Source of the DNA: Oopsacas minuta
Taxonomy: Eukaryota > Animalia > Porifera
Assembly (NCBI GenBank): GCA_024704765.1
Contig: JAKMXF010000288.1
Coordinates: 372,001 to 436,000 of the forward strand
Length of the DNA stretch: 64,000 nucleotides
Direction: 5' to 3'
Part shown: in pieces, positions 22,811 through 36,957 of the stretch
Layout of the letters: the number at the start of each line of letters is the position of its first letter
Numbering within the stretch: the stretch's first letter is position 1
Position numbers and translations under genes: made by a program
Notes under the pieces: model-generated
The model's database searches: none
The model's input: only the letters and a program-made list of their open reading frames with translations
What the model was told of the DNA's origin: nothing

Positions 22811-25441
22811 TCACACAAAATTGGGGTCTAGCATAAACTTCAAAGCATCTGGTATCCGTTCTCGCCATAATTTATGATGGTGTGTAGTAAAATGTCCGTC
22901 ACATTCAATCGGTGTCGAATAATCCACTTGATAGAAAAAGTCCTTCTCAGGGATCCAGTTTAGATCTCCCAGTGATTCTGCCATGGACCGTGTGACGTAG
23001 AAATTGTCCTCTTCACCCGTGCCACTATCGATATACACACGAAATTTAGGCGCCACATTTCTACTCTCTTCTATGACATCAAAAACTGATTGATCGTTCA
23101 CATCATGGTACCAAAATGAAGGCGCCATACAAATGGCCCCTGAGAAAATTTCGGGTCGCAGGGTTGTTAGGTAAAACGCGAATAATCCACCTAGAGACGA
23201 TCCGAGGACAAAGGAATTATCTGCGTTTGAAATTGTCCTGAAATTATTGTCGATATACGGTTTGACAATCTGAACCATGTAGTCAAGGAATGCATTTGAT
23301 TGGTGAAAATCACGCGGGCAATATTCACGAATTCTATGTCCAGGTTGGATGTCATCGCCATTCGGAACAGCTACGAAAATAAACTCCTTAATCTTCTTTT
23401 TCATCCACAAATCATCAAACATTCTATCAAGATGCCAACCGTATACACTAGACGAGAACATGGATTGTCCGTCCATTGCGTACACAACAGGGAAACTCTT
23501 GGATTCGTTAGAATACCCCGGGGGTAAATACACATAAACAGGACGCTCCACTACACCGAATTTCCCGACAGAATCATTGATGACAGGGGTGTGAATTTGG
23601 AAGTAGAAAAATGACGCGTTTTCTCGGGTATATTCAAGCAGAGGTGGTGATGGTGGCGCGGTGGGATGTTCGTTAGCAGAGTCAGTATTGACAAAAATGA
23701 TTGAATTATTAAAATATTGTGAATTGAAATGGTTATAGGAGTCATTCACGAAATTTCCATTAATTTGGAATTTATACTCGTATCGGCCCTCTTGGAGATC
23801 AACACACCGGGCGTAGCCTTCGGGACAAGGGTGCATTTTATGAGCATTTATGTCCCAACCATTGAATTCTCCAACTAAAGACACATTGTTACTTTTCTGT
23901 TTGGTGTGGTAAACGAATAGACAAGTGTACCAGTAATCACTCTTGAATTCAAATACTTGAGTGCTTCTGTCTAGAAAATGGAAATTCTATAATTTCTGAT
24001 TCGAAATTTATACCCAAAATTCAATTGTCTAATATTGCAGATATCTTATTTTTCAGAAATGAAGTAGCGTTTGATAAGATAATACGGTCTTCTTTCCTTA
24101 GAATTTTGCATTTAAGGAAAGTAGACTGACAAGATATATTGGCTTCAGATATTTGATCAAATCTGATTAGAATACATGTCCACTGAAGAAGTATAAGAAT
24201 ATGATTAAACTGGAAGTATAGCCTTATATAAAGTGATGATTTGTACAGCATGCCACTCAACCACTCTTAATCATGTAGATATCACTATGTTGCAATAGCA
24301 TACTAGCCTCGTGATGGATTATGTATATAGATTTCTAGAAATTGCTAATTAAAATTCTAAATTAACCTTCAACGTATTTTATTAAATATTTGCCTAACTT
24401 CTTGGATAAAATATAATCTTAAACTCTTCTAAAAACAAACAACAACAGTTCAAAGGTGACACTTTCATGTTGTAGGTCCTATACCTTCACTTGGGGTCAG
24501 ATCTGGCGATGTTGTAGACCGTCGGGAGCTTGAAGGTAGTTCTGGAGAATGTGGGCTTAAGAGGGATGAGGTCTGGCCAGATGTCTCGGTTTGGTTTATT
24601 TCCTCAGATATAGGTTCAGTTATTCGTATAACTATAGAATATACACGATAAATAGCGTAACATCCACAAACAGGGTGCTAGAGACGTTTCTGGCAAATTC
24701 CCTGTTTGTGGAGGTTCATTTGATGGGGCTAGATATTCCCTCTATTTATATTTCGAACTGTTTCCAGAAGTTTCCCGTTTTTTTGGAGGATTAACTTAGA
24801 TAATTTGAGAAAACCTCTGAATGCCAAATTTCAGTACCCTCTCTTAAGTTGTCGTTATTGGCAGAATACATTGATTTGTAAATAAGTACCGCGTTCTTGT
24901 CTCCTACTCAAGTCCTCAAAACTTCCTGACATAGGTTTGGATTTGACTTCCTCTAGAGTTTCGAGTATGTTCTCACTACTACGGGAGTATGTCTTCACCA
25001 GAGATGAAGGACCTAAAAGTAGAATTCATGTAAACTGAATCATGCAAAATGAAATTTCACCCTTTCCCTAATCTGGATGAAGTAAGGGTCCCACCAAGTT
25101 GTGTCGAACCCTCCCATAATGCTACGAATACCATACACAACTTTCAAATCACTCAAGCGTCCAACAGAATTTTCACCGCTCCAGTTAGCTAGATTCTTCT
25201 CCCAATTTTCAAACACACATAATTTCTTGAAATGGCATATAAACCAACCTATAAGCAGATTGGATTTAGATAAAGAAGGCCAACTATCTTTCCTGGTTAT
25301 GGAAGGCATTTTGGTGGCCATTGGGGTCATACTTCGATAGAGAGGGATGGAGTAATCAACTTCTGAACTGCTAAATCTTCTGAGTGGAGGTTTAGGAGAA
25401 CTTGTCCTTGAAGTTTCTGGCTCTACCAGTCGTGTTGTCAC
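22811..25441 (-). CDS. Ser/Pro-rich N-terminus + CBM48-like domain + bacterial-type alpha/beta-hydrolase (putative esterase), about 540 aa
   Basis: Proposed exons 25441-25249, 25012-24890, 24631-24485 and 23970-22811, all phase-1 GT-AG, give one open frame. Motifs: SLVGEFNGW...GRYEYKFQING (CBM48/E-set), VYLPPGY...PVVYAMDGQ, GSSLGG nucleophile elbow, YIDSGTGE and H...WRERIP. The last exon is certain; the upstream exons are inferred. Confidence 0.75.
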
Positions 25442-25714
25442 TATTGTCTATAACGGAATTCGTAATTTCTAGTATTTGTAAAGTGAATTTACCGCCATAC
25501 TTATAATTTAGGCTCCAAATGAAATTATTACATCGATTCAGGCGCCAAATGAGCAATTTATATTGAATTAGGCGCGGAAATTGAACATTCTAGGTTTCCA
25601 TTTTAGCACTATCTTGTAAATTTTGGCGCCTAATTGGAAACTGCGTGTATATCGATTTAGGCGCGGAAATTAACTTTATGAACCAATATAACGGCCTGAA
25701 GTGGTTTAAATGGT

Positions 25715-25984
25715 TCACAACGAGCTAATCTTGCTGATATGGCCGAAATATTTCTGTAAGAACTGTGCAAAGCTCACCTGCTCATCTTCATCCATCTTTT
25801 CTCCAACATACCATTTAGAAAGTTTCTTCCAAGAATTGTCACCTTTATTATAAACAAATTTCACACTTTTTGTTGGTATTGTATAAACAAGAAACACACT
25901 CGACTGATAAACAAGTTTACTCATTACTAAGGGCAGACGTACAATATAGAAAATCAGCGACAACATATTTGAGAGAATGTTCAT
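25715..25984 (-). CDS. Small hypothetical protein (89 aa) with hydrophobic N-terminus
   Basis: ATG-started ORF between two genes with a protein-like composition; no recognisable family. Confidence 0.3.
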   Translation of the reverse strand: MNILSNMLSLIFYIVRLPLVMSKLVYQSSVFLVYTIPTKSVKFVYNKGDNSWKKLSKWYVGEKMDEDEQVSFAQFLQKYFGHISKISSL

Positions 25985-26088
25985 TTTTGTTTTTGATAGT
26001 ACATAATGACAGATAAATATATTTCAGGTATATATATATGAACCTATTAACCTATAGAATTACCAGTATATCGGATAACAATACACGA

Positions 26089-29000
26089 CTATGGAGTAAT
26101 TAATAGTGGCAGTGTAATGTGTTGAGTTGTGCCATCATTTGACTTGGCAATAGTGTCACCTTTGAGTGCGTATGTCCATAGCATGTTGTTTGTTTCCACT
26201 ACGACAAGGCCATGAGCTTCACAGCCATATTTTACTGGACGAAAGTTAGCGGTTATTTTCGCGAGGAGGTCGCTGCCCCTTTTTGGAAGTGTGCCACTTA
26301 GAGGAGCAATAGTGAAGGAAGGATCGCTGTTTTTGTCAAGATAAGCGTGGAAATTTTTGTCTTCATCACAGCCAGAATTGAGGCTAAAAAAGACACTCGT
26401 TGGTATGCCCCCTACCTTTTTGGCGCGTATATTTATGACATCATCTGGTTCTGGAAGTGTCGATCTTAGTTTGAGTGAAATTCTCCACAAACACCCTTCA
26501 AATTCCACTTCTAAGACACAATTTGTTTTTATTGCCTTATAAGGAAGGAAAACAAGATGGAAAGCTAGGTTTGTGCCATTTTTCACACCTTCCAAATCCT
26601 CATATGCACCTATGAATTTCACACCTAGGGATCTGTCAAGGAAAGATTTTGAGGTATCTATAGTTCCACTTTGAGAAGGTGTTACTTGGAATTTTACATT
26701 TTCAATTTGAGCGGGAGAATGTTTTAAAGCATAATGTGTCGAAACTGTCGGTGAAGTGAACACTGCCACTTCATCTACATTTGTATTTGGGCGTAAAACA
26801 AGACATATTTCATTTCGAACACGAGAAGCTGATTGGAGGATTGGAGTGTCACTGAAATGTATTGGTCGTGTTGAAGGGTGGCATCTGATTGGACAAGACC
26901 AGATTAATGGTTCATTACTAAGCCGTGTTTTGGTTGCTATGGTAAGTACGTGACACACATGACTCATTTCTAACGGCTTAAAACGTATAGGAATATCTAG
27001 GTTACCATGTGCTGGGATTGGAATGTGTCTTGAGTTTGTTAAAAGAATAGACATGGTTTGATTTGCAATTTCTGGTAGAGATATATCTACAGATAGGTCG
27101 ATATCAAGTGGGTTTTGGAAGTAAACAAATTTTGCGGCGTTCGAGCCGATTTCTGAATAAATATGGACGGGGTCAATTTCTCCTGGTGGCAGTCCGACAC
27201 CTTTCAAGTGGTACGAGAGTGTCCCAAGATCTTGCGACACAAAGTTAAGTGTCGTTGAATGCCCGCCTTCTCCAAGAGTCGATGGCTTAAACCGAATTAA
27301 AATCTCCAACTCATTGCGTGGGGGAACTGATATCCTTTCAGATTGGTTGAAAACGTAAAAGTGATCGGTTCGACTTATGTCCCAAAAGTAGACTGTTTGG
27401 ATATCAAGTGGGTTACAAAGCAAGACCTTATGGGTCGCTTCTTTTCCGAGGGGACATTCTAGAACTGGACATGTAATCGGTTCGGGATCTGTTCCAGTTA
27501 GTTCCAGTTTGAACCATATTTCGTCACCTTTTGCCTCTGTTATGGTTACACTTGCCTCTTGTGTACCCTTTCTAACTGGTGAAAATGTCAGATTTATGAC
27601 ACATTTTTCAGAAGGTGTTAAATCCAATTCACCAGGCCCAGTGAGTCCCTCCCCGTCGACACATAAAGTGGCGGTAAAACCTCTATTTTCATGAGGATTT
27701 TGGAAATTGAATCCGATTATATTATTTGTGAAAATCGGTTTTGAGATTTGAATAGTGTCCTGTGGCATACCTGGGCTCACAAACACCTTTATTGTGTACC
27801 ACACCCGATTGGTGGTGCCATCTGGATGATCCACATTATTGAATCTAGGCGACACATGGCCAAGTGGCGCGTCAGCCACAAATATGATAGTGCCACAATA
27901 TGTTCCTCTATGTTTGGGTGAAATTAGAAGTTCGTATGTCATTATGCTATTCGGGTGAACTGAAAAACTTGTGTGGCCAGTTGAGAATTCGAGATTTGTG
28001 CTTGCTTTGAAATTGGCGGTTCTTTCTGAATAATTTGGCACTGAAATGGCACAGGTCTGTTGCTCACCCACGCGACAACTTACGACAATTTCCCCCATTG
28101 ATTCTGGAACTAACGAACGGCCTAAAACCGAGAAATGATGCTCAGTTCCAGTTTCACCATTCGTCATTTCTACTTCGCCACTAAAATGCCCTGGAATCGT
28201 TGGTCGGAAAATAAGTGGGAAGTATGCTGTTTCCAACGCGCGTATGGTGAAGAGAGAGGGTCCATGGAACCCGACACCCTTGAGCACAACATCCAAGACC
28301 CATTCTCGCTTAGATGGATTGACAACAGGGATTTGTTGGCTAATATTTTTGAGTGCAGGACATTCCATTTGGATTACAGGATGGATTTCTGAGGGCACGA
28401 CTAATGATAAGATTTGGTAGAGACGGGTCTCATGAGAATTTTTCAACACCACCCGACATTTATACTGCCCAGCAACCGTAGCTGTGAATTGGAATGCAAG
28501 ATCAGCTGATTGATTTGGCGGTAAGGTAATGGTTGGGGGGAAGGTGAAATTCTCAGAATTGGAACTAATCGAAAAAGTCATTTTCGGATCCTCAAGTGTT
28601 TTGTTTTTATTTACGGGTTGAGTTGAGATATTTAGGGCTCGCGTGGCAATGTCTAAAATGGCCTGAGGCATCGAATCAGTTAGAATTCTATAATCGTACT
28701 CTTCATCCGACATATTTTGGTGAGCTAGACTGTAGAGTGCTTCCTCAAGTGCCGGATTTTGTGGTGAAATTATAAGAATTTCGTTCGCCATTTGGTCGAT
28801 AGCCGATTTTGTCAAATAAGTCTCATCATCCGCTTCCGAAATGCCAAATGCGCTTGCTTGATTGGTTGTTATTCGATTTGAATCAGAGTTAGTTACATAT
28901 GGAACTAACGTAGGTAGTGGATAAGTTGTGTGGCTATCTATTGCGACAACAAACTGGCCTTTCTGTGTATTAGTAAATAACAACAAACAATATCTGTCGG

Positions 29001-32000
29001 ATAGATAGAACGGGATAAATGTCACGAGGAGAGAAGTGTAATCTTTCGAGTGAAGGGCTAAAGCATTTCCGTCTGGGCAAAATAAATTCACTTCAAGATT
29101 GAATGATTTTTCGAATAAACCGATTGGAATTTTTGATTGTTTTTCGGAGCTCAGATTTCCCTCAGCTTCGAATACTTGTATTTTATAGGTTTCAGTTCCA
29201 GTTTTGTCAATTGACACCCACAAATCTTGTTTTTCATACAAAAGCGCGCGGATTTTGACCACTTTCAAAGGAATAATATTTGTCACCTTTCCGATAAGAT
29301 TGAAAGAAAGAATCGATCCATGATTACTGCCCGGTTCCCCAACAAGGAGAAGCAATGCCCGCTTAACCGACACAAACTGCACCACATAACTAACTGGCAG
29401 ATAAGTAACACCTTTGGGTAACACCTTAATATGAATACCATTTGGAAGTGTGAAAAATTCACGATCATCCCCTTTCAAAAATGCAGTATAAACCAAAGTT
29501 TTCTGTGACGGATTTTCGATTTTGATTTCATAAGTTGTCGACTGGTTCGTGGGTGTCAAAATACCTTCAAATTCAATGTCACGTTTTGGGAGGTAAGAAG
29601 GCAAACGTATGAACAAATGGGTACAGAGTAGGATCATGAAAATAGGGTTGGGCATAATTAAATCGCTGACAGTAACTTCAAAGTCGAATAGAATGCTCTG
29701 TAAACTTTCGATTATCTTGCTTGCATTATGCAGACAATGTTCAGGACTCTGTGGTTGTAAATATAAATTGTTCAAAAGTGTCTTTCCCAAATGTGGCACA
29801 TACTTTAAAATTGTACAAGCAAACATTATGCCATCAATTAGGTCAATGTCAAAACCGACAATTTTTCGATCTATCAAATTCTCACAGGTTGCGCCTTGTA
29901 AAAGGTGTTTGTTTGTTTGGAAGTTGTTGTTTAACCAGTCTAATATTGTCAGTTCTTGTTGTGAGTAAACATTACTTTGTTTACCAATAAAATTGGGGTT
30001 TATTGACACCTTTGCAAGGACGAAAACTTTCACAATCTGTAAGAGAATATCGGTCCAAGCACGTGAGGAACATTCATGGAATTTATCCAATTCGGAAATA
30101 TCCGGCTGACGTTGATAGACCTTTTGGAACCATAAATTGTACTCTTCTGGAACTAATAGGATTTCAGGAGAGACATGTGGCAGATGCGCCCCATGTACTT
30201 GTAAAACCGCGAGGATAGCTGTGACCATTTGGTATTTGTATACGATACGTTCATTTTCTGGATAATGAATCAACGTATTGACCGGGACATCCGGTATTAA
30301 TCTGCCACTTAGATGTTGGACAATTTCCAGAATTCCTTTCGATTTGTATTTTCCGATCGACAGAGCGAAGGGCCCGCTGGAACAATCCATGGTTCCAAGT
30401 ACCTCTGGCGACTGAATTGGGAAATAATGCTTCGGCCAAGCATGATACGTTAGCCAACGACAGATCGCAGAATTTACATCTTCAAGGAAAATTGTGTCGA
30501 GACTGGAAAGACTAGTTTCAAAGTGTGAAAATAGTGTCGACATGTTAGGAATGGTTTGTGAGCTGGTGGATGAAGATATTATTGTGTCGCCTGGTGGCAC
30601 TAATTGTGGCACACCATCAGAATCAATTTGGAAATTGATAGATTCAGAATGAGATGCGAAAAATCTGTATAAGCTAAACATACAATTTTCAACTGAGAGC
30701 AACAACGGAACTTGTACTTTTTGCCCAAAATTGTCGGTAAAGACAATCGAATCTTTGAGGCAAATTCTGTCGCTTCCTTTGACAGTAATTGTGACAGACA
30801 TGTGGCACGATTTGTCGATGGACGGATGGATAGTTCCAATTTTAAATTTTTTCGGGAAATCAGTGGGTTTGGCATCGTTAATAGATAAGGTGACAAATTG
30901 TGGCAGAGTAGGTGGTTCACAGTATAATATGTCTGTTGATGAATAGCCCATCAAATTGCAGGTTAGCGTGCGTTTGAGTGAAATATTGAGCGGGATATTT
31001 GTGAGAATTAATTCGGTTGGTGTGACCGAAATTTCTGGCGAAATAACCCGGCCTTTAAGGGAAACAGTAGCGAAGGGCTGAGACAATTCTTCAGACAGAA
31101 ATATTTGTATTTGTGATTCGAAATTTGCATGACAGGATGGCGAAAATGCCACTAAAAGTGTCACAATTTCATTTGGCAGAATCCCAAGTGGCTGGGTGGC
31201 GTCAAGTGGCATCATAGAGGTGTTAAACAAAATAAAAACACAACTTTCGATATTTCTAAGTGCTTTTATTGTTGCTACAAACTCCATTCTTCTACTCGAA
31301 ATATTTCTAACATGAATCGATTTGAAATTATTCGGTAACACATAAGCTGTTTGTAAAAATACTTCCGGTTCCGTGAAACTTAGTTCCAGATTGGAGACTG
31401 TTAGCGGCGTTTCTAATGACGTGGCTAGGATACGGCGTGATGGGGTTGGAATGTCTGGTATTTTGGGTAGATAAAATGTCTGTGATTCTGAGACAGGAGG
31501 CCAGGGTGAAGCGGGTGGGGGAGCAGCCAATTCTGAGTTAACAAAAATTGGAAGTGTGAAATCGTATGACGCAACTTCTCGAGGCGTGAATATTAGTTTA
31601 ACTTTGAGGGTCGATTTTGATTGGATGTCAAGCGTGTATACGTCAGGCGGCAAATTTGGCTGTTGGTTTAGAAATATACATTTTTCTGAGGACTTAAATG
31701 TTGAAATGGAAAAATCTTTATGATCAATGAAATCGAAAGTTAAGCGCGCCAAAACACCTGACTTATTGGTCAGTGAAAATGGAAGGATAGTTTTAGCGCC
31801 ACAATACACGCCACCAAACTTGAAAAGTGGCACATCTGCCACCACAATTGGTCTGATAACATTCCCCGAAGCACGAATGGAAATTGAAGAATCTTGTTTG
31901 AATTTCAAAATAATTGGAACATCGAATTTCCCTATTTTGGAGGCACTAACCTCCACAGTTAGTTTAACCACTCCTCCAGTTGGAACTATGCCACTTGACG

Positions 32001-34839
32001 GCGACACATGAATTCCCAAATGGCTGAAATCACATTCCAGTTTGTAGTAAGCGTTGTTAGGGCCTGGGTTATGAACATTGCAGTATTGGATACAATTTAA
32101 GCTGATTGGAATGTCGCCAAATAGAACACGGCGTTCTAGGAATTTTGATTCATGTTTGCCGGTTTCTAATTTCATTTTCAAAACGGATTCCTTGCCATTT
32201 TTGGCATAGATAGTTGCGGACACATTTTCAGGGGTTGAAAAATGTGGCACACAAAATGCCTCACATTGGAGTTCACCAAAAAGTGCCACAGTGCCATGTG
32301 TCGGGTATATATAATAATCAGAGAATTCTGGCGCGATTTCCCAGTAAAATTCAATTGGAGTATTCAAAGAATTGACTAATAAAAAGCTCTGTCTTAACCC
32401 AGTTGTAATGGAACTAAAATGTGGTGGCGTTAAGGTGATAGTTCCAGTTTGGATGGTTAAATATGGCGCGACTGCTTGAGCTGATAATAAAAAGTGATTT
32501 TTATGGATACCATTAATGAGAAATGGAATGCTCTGTTCGTAGAATCCAGTCTCAACAGCCGTGAATTCCAAGGAAAGTGTCGTTTCAGATTGGGCGGGAA
32601 CAAGCAAATTTTTAGGTGCATATAAAAAGTTCTCGTCACCATTCACAGTGAACATTATCATTTTTGGATTAGAATTTATGATTGAAACTTGTTTTTGGAG
32701 GTGTGAAGTGGTTGTAACTTCTCCAAAATCAAATTTTGTCGGCGACACTTTTACTGAGATTAATTCTTCAGGTGTTAATGGCATCTTCACACACTTTTTC
32801 TGTTGTGCTGTAATAGGATTTGTCAACAAATCGACCTCATCCAAAAAGGTCGTGACACACCCGGAGATCTCAAATTCTGTTTTAATAGTTTGCTCTGGTG
32901 TCGGTTTTGGAATAAATTGCGTTCCTCTAGGTGGTTTCAGTTCAGGTGGCACAATGCCACTAAGTGGCTCTATACCCAAATCTTGTGTATTTATGAACTT
33001 TTTCATATTCAAATCCCGCGCGAAATCAATTCGTTTCGACTGGCTTTCCCGCAAATAATTTATATAGCGGTTTTTATGCCTTTTTCTTTGCAAAACTTCT
33101 TCGTCAGTCAAAGCATAATCGTTGTCAATATAAGTGTGACGATTTTGTCCGGTAAAAGGTGTCTGAATTAAAATAGTCCGATCATGTGGCTTAATCGAGC
33201 GTGGAAGGTCATTTGGTGTCGCTACAAGTGGTCCAAGAGGTGTTGAAAGTTTGGGTGGCATTTTAGAAGTGGCAGTGATTTTTAGTGACAATTTTTGGAT
33301 GATTTTAGGATCGAATTTGACCAATGAATTTCGTCTATGACCGCCAATTGCTTGTATTATTAGACACTTTTCAATATTACCAATCGCAGTAGCTGTGAAA
33401 GTGATTTTAAGCGCCACTTTTGAGTTTGGTCCCAATTTGCCACTTGAAGGTGTCACAACCAAATTCGCTATATGTGGAATATGAAAATTGATAGGTAAAA
33501 CTGTTGATTGATTGGTCAATTCAGTTTTGAGGGTATATGGCTTGTTCACGGAGCAAAGGTCTAGTTCCAATTTGGTGTCGTTCAGTTCCAATTCAACTGG
33601 TTGAGCAATTGCCTTGACTGCAATTTCAACTAGCTTCCCCTCATATGCAGTTGTGTTGGACGGATTGGCCGGTATAATTTGTGTAATCATTGTATATTCA
33701 CGTTTATATGGACTTTCCCTATTATGAAGCCAACCGATTGGATTCGAGACGAAAATAGGTGAAAATTTGTAAACTATTTTGCGCTTTTCAAAGGGCTGGA
33801 GTGTTCCTTGGTTTGGCGCCACGGAGAGTATATGGGAGTGAGGTGGTGAGTCGCCATGTTCTAGGTTGGCGGGGTAGCCTGTTTCTGAGGTGGCGAGTAA
33901 AGTGGCTGGGTGGTCAAATCGCGACACATTTGTGCCAATTCCATTTTTCTGAGGCGCGAGGATGATCACGAAATTCGTGGCAGTAGGACAATTATTGAAT
34001 AAAATGGCGTTCCGTACCATGGATGTATCGTAGTAAGCATGTCCAAAATCGATTTTCGAAATGGCACAGGAATTTCCTTCACTACAAGTGAGAAGTGTTA
34101 GATTCCGCGACATAATTCTGCCAATTATTGGCACACAAAATATATCACTTGTGTCAGAAAGTTTAAACTGGATCTCAGATTGGAAATTGATTGGCTCCTT
34201 TGCGATAAGTTTTATCAAAAACGTTGACATTTCTCCAGATTCAATTGTCCCAAATTTTGGCTCAATTTTGAGACCAGTGGGACATTGGGTAGTGTCAATA
34301 GAAAATATGGCTGACAGAGCACCGGTATTTCTGACCTTAAACGTCCGTGTTATGAGCTCTCCGTTAGCTAAACAGTCTCCAAACGAAATCTCCCGAATTC
34401 CTTCTAGTGTTAATTCTGGTTTGGGCGGGTAACCGTAGCAAGGTACCTAAAAATAGAACAATTTAATTACAGTGATATCTACAGAATTTGATAGGTCAAA
34501 ATTATTGTATGAATAAACCAATCAAACCTCAAACATCTGTTCTCCATTGATAACAAATCCCAGCTTAAGACTCGTTGTTTCAGCACGAATAGGCGTATAC
34601 TCAAGTCTAAGTGGCAGTTTTAAACCGGCGGCTAGAACCACTTCATTTGTGTCGCCATGCCATCTAAATTCTCTACTGGATTGTCCTGGGATGTTTAATG
34701 GGAGTATTTGGAGGGTTTTTGTCGTGTCGGTTAGATTTTGGAGGATTAGATTTTGTGTGTAGGATTGTCCTGGAGTTGCTGAGTTGAAATATAGAATAGA
34801 AGGGACTACTAATATACCGAAATGTATTGAAGTATCCAT
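26089..34839 (-). CDS. CFAP47: Cilia- and flagella-associated protein 47-like (ASH/Ig-like repeats + CH domain), about 2889 aa; exons 34839-34528 and 34446-26089
   Basis: Many hydin/ASH-like beta repeats (FG.V...I.N), a CH-like segment FDIDLIDGIMFACTILKYVP, and size and layout typical of CFAP47. The frame is open from 34446 to 26089. Confidence 0.85.
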
Positions 34840-35156
34840 TCAGGACTTATCATATACAATTCTAGGAAGTAAACAAATTTTGATGAGTTATGAAGAATAA
34901 ACAAATAACAAATATGATTAATATGCAGTGTAACAGCCATAACCGAGGAATATTTTCAAAATATGCGAAAAACAGAATTCGCCGAAGTGACAATAAGAAT
35001 TGAAATTACGATATAATCAAGAAAAATAACAACAAATAAACAGAAATAGGTAAAGAAGATCCACAAACAATTTGTAGGTGTGTAACAAATGAATTAATTT
35101 AATTATAAACACTCACAGAGAGAGTAAACATCAACAACAACAAACGGTTGTACCAA

Positions 35157-36469
35157 TCAAAAATCGTTCTGTGATGCAGATATGGCGGCCTGTAACATCT
35201 GGTCTTCACTGAGTTCATAATCAACTAATTCACAGTAATCCAATTTGTGACGTAACGCTAGATGTTGTTGGAATCCGCCACTGACCTATCAGATTGCATT
35301 CTATGTAATTTTGATTAATAGGCGTATAGAGGGGTATTTATATGTTCTGGGGATTTTCGGGCATTTTGGGTCTTGCCGATTTGTTGGAAATGGAATTCAA
35401 ATCAGGGCGGGTAGTTAAACTCTTTCAGAATTGGCGCCCTATGCAGTTATAGAACTGTGCGCCCGTGTGCCATTACCCAAATTTTCAGTACTCAAAGAAT
35501 AAAATCCGAAAAAGATTATGCGCCCCCTAATAAGAAAGGTCCCGCAGGCGGGTCCTGATTCAATTATGGGTTAATGTAAGATTATGTGACACAAGAACAT
35601 AGGAAGCCCTGAGGCCCAATTATCATAGAAAATGGCGGGAAATTTCATATTTGGAGCCTACCAAAAAGCTGAATTTCCGCTTTTTGGCGCGTTCTCAGAC
35701 ACATAATTGCATAACACTCGACAAATGTAGAAAAGTGTGTGCAAAACCAGCCAGTTGACCAGTATATGACAATTTTTCATTCAATATCACTCTAGTTGGG
35801 CTTCAGTTATATCTAAGTGGTCTTGTCGACCTCCGGGTCGCGAATTTATCATAAACCTGGGGCGTAACTGGAGATCCCAGAGCGAGGAGGCAATGATGGA
35901 TATTTGCCTCAATGGTAGTTACGCTCTAGTAAACTTACTTGAGAAGAGTCTCCCCAAGGCTGTACCGCACAAATTGGACAAACAATCTGAGTAGTGTCAC
36001 CCGTGTGATTCTCTTTAACATGCTCTATCAGATCTGTATTTGTCAAATTTGTGGTTTTGCAATAAGGACAAGGAAATGTCGACCGATTTGTTGAAATTTC
36101 GTTGTGTTTCGCCTTACATATTGATTCCTCTTTTATCATTTGGAATTTTGATTGATACGCGACACATTTCGCCATATGTGCGTCATATTTTGATAATTTT
36201 ACTTGCTTATTACAAGATTCACATGCGATAATCGAATGTTTTATTCTATTATCAATCTCAGAATTCTTCCAACATTTCCCTAAACTGAGGCCTGCACGAC
36301 ACACAGGACAGGTACTTTGTACTGCTACGTGTTTACCAATGCACCCTGTACAAAATTTATGACCGCAAGTACTCTGCATTGCCCCCTGTATGACGCCTAA
36401 ACAAATCGGACACTCAAACTCATCCACATCTGTAACTAACTGCCTTTTTTCTGCCATAAGCAAAGACAC
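35157..36469 (-). CDS. RING-C2HC-C2H2(Di19)-UIM E3 ligase, RNF114/RNF166 family; exons 36469-35939 and 35285-35157
   Basis: RING CPICLG...CGHKFCTGC, C2HC zinc finger, FPCPYC and CPICAVQPWGD. Exon 2, found by hand, reads VSGGFQQHLALRHKLDYCELVDYELSEDQMLQAAISAS (UIM-like). Confidence 0.9.
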
Positions 36470-36957
36470 TTCTAAAATTATTGAATTACTGGGCCTATTA
36501 TTTTCTAAAAATATTTTTAGTTATGAATGGATATTAGCAATTATAAGATTTGGTTTTTATAAAATAACAAATATGTTGGATAAGTTATATCTTCAGCTTT
36601 GACACCTTTATGTTCATAATAGAGCGAATTCCTAGTCCCATACGAACGAACCTCCACGAACAGGGTAGCAGTTTCCGGCGCCCTTGACACCCTTTTCATG
36701 GAGGTCCTTTTTGTTGTAGGTTAGCGACTTAACTTCCCCTTAGTTACGCTCATGTAGTAATGGCATGCTCATACAATGTTCGGATAGATAACTATTGTTC
36801 AAGGTTTTGCCACGACGGGTAAATTACTTCATAGGGTACTCTACTCTAAATATGTTGCCCCTCGGTGGACACTTAATATTGTGTCCCTCAGACCACATAG
36901 AACATGGCTTATGCCACATTTTTCTCCACTCGTATTATATTTTAGTTCAATTTTAGG

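Noticed and set aside
25040-25248. 3' half of ORF 25040-25441 as a stand-alone protein
   Set aside because: A phase-1 donor at 25248 links the first 64 codons to downstream exons in frame; the remainder is probably intron read-through.
26357-34432. Numerous plus-strand ORFs opposite CFAP47, PICALM, the caspases and other genes
   Set aside because: They are antisense shadows of long coding exons with no recognisable motifs.
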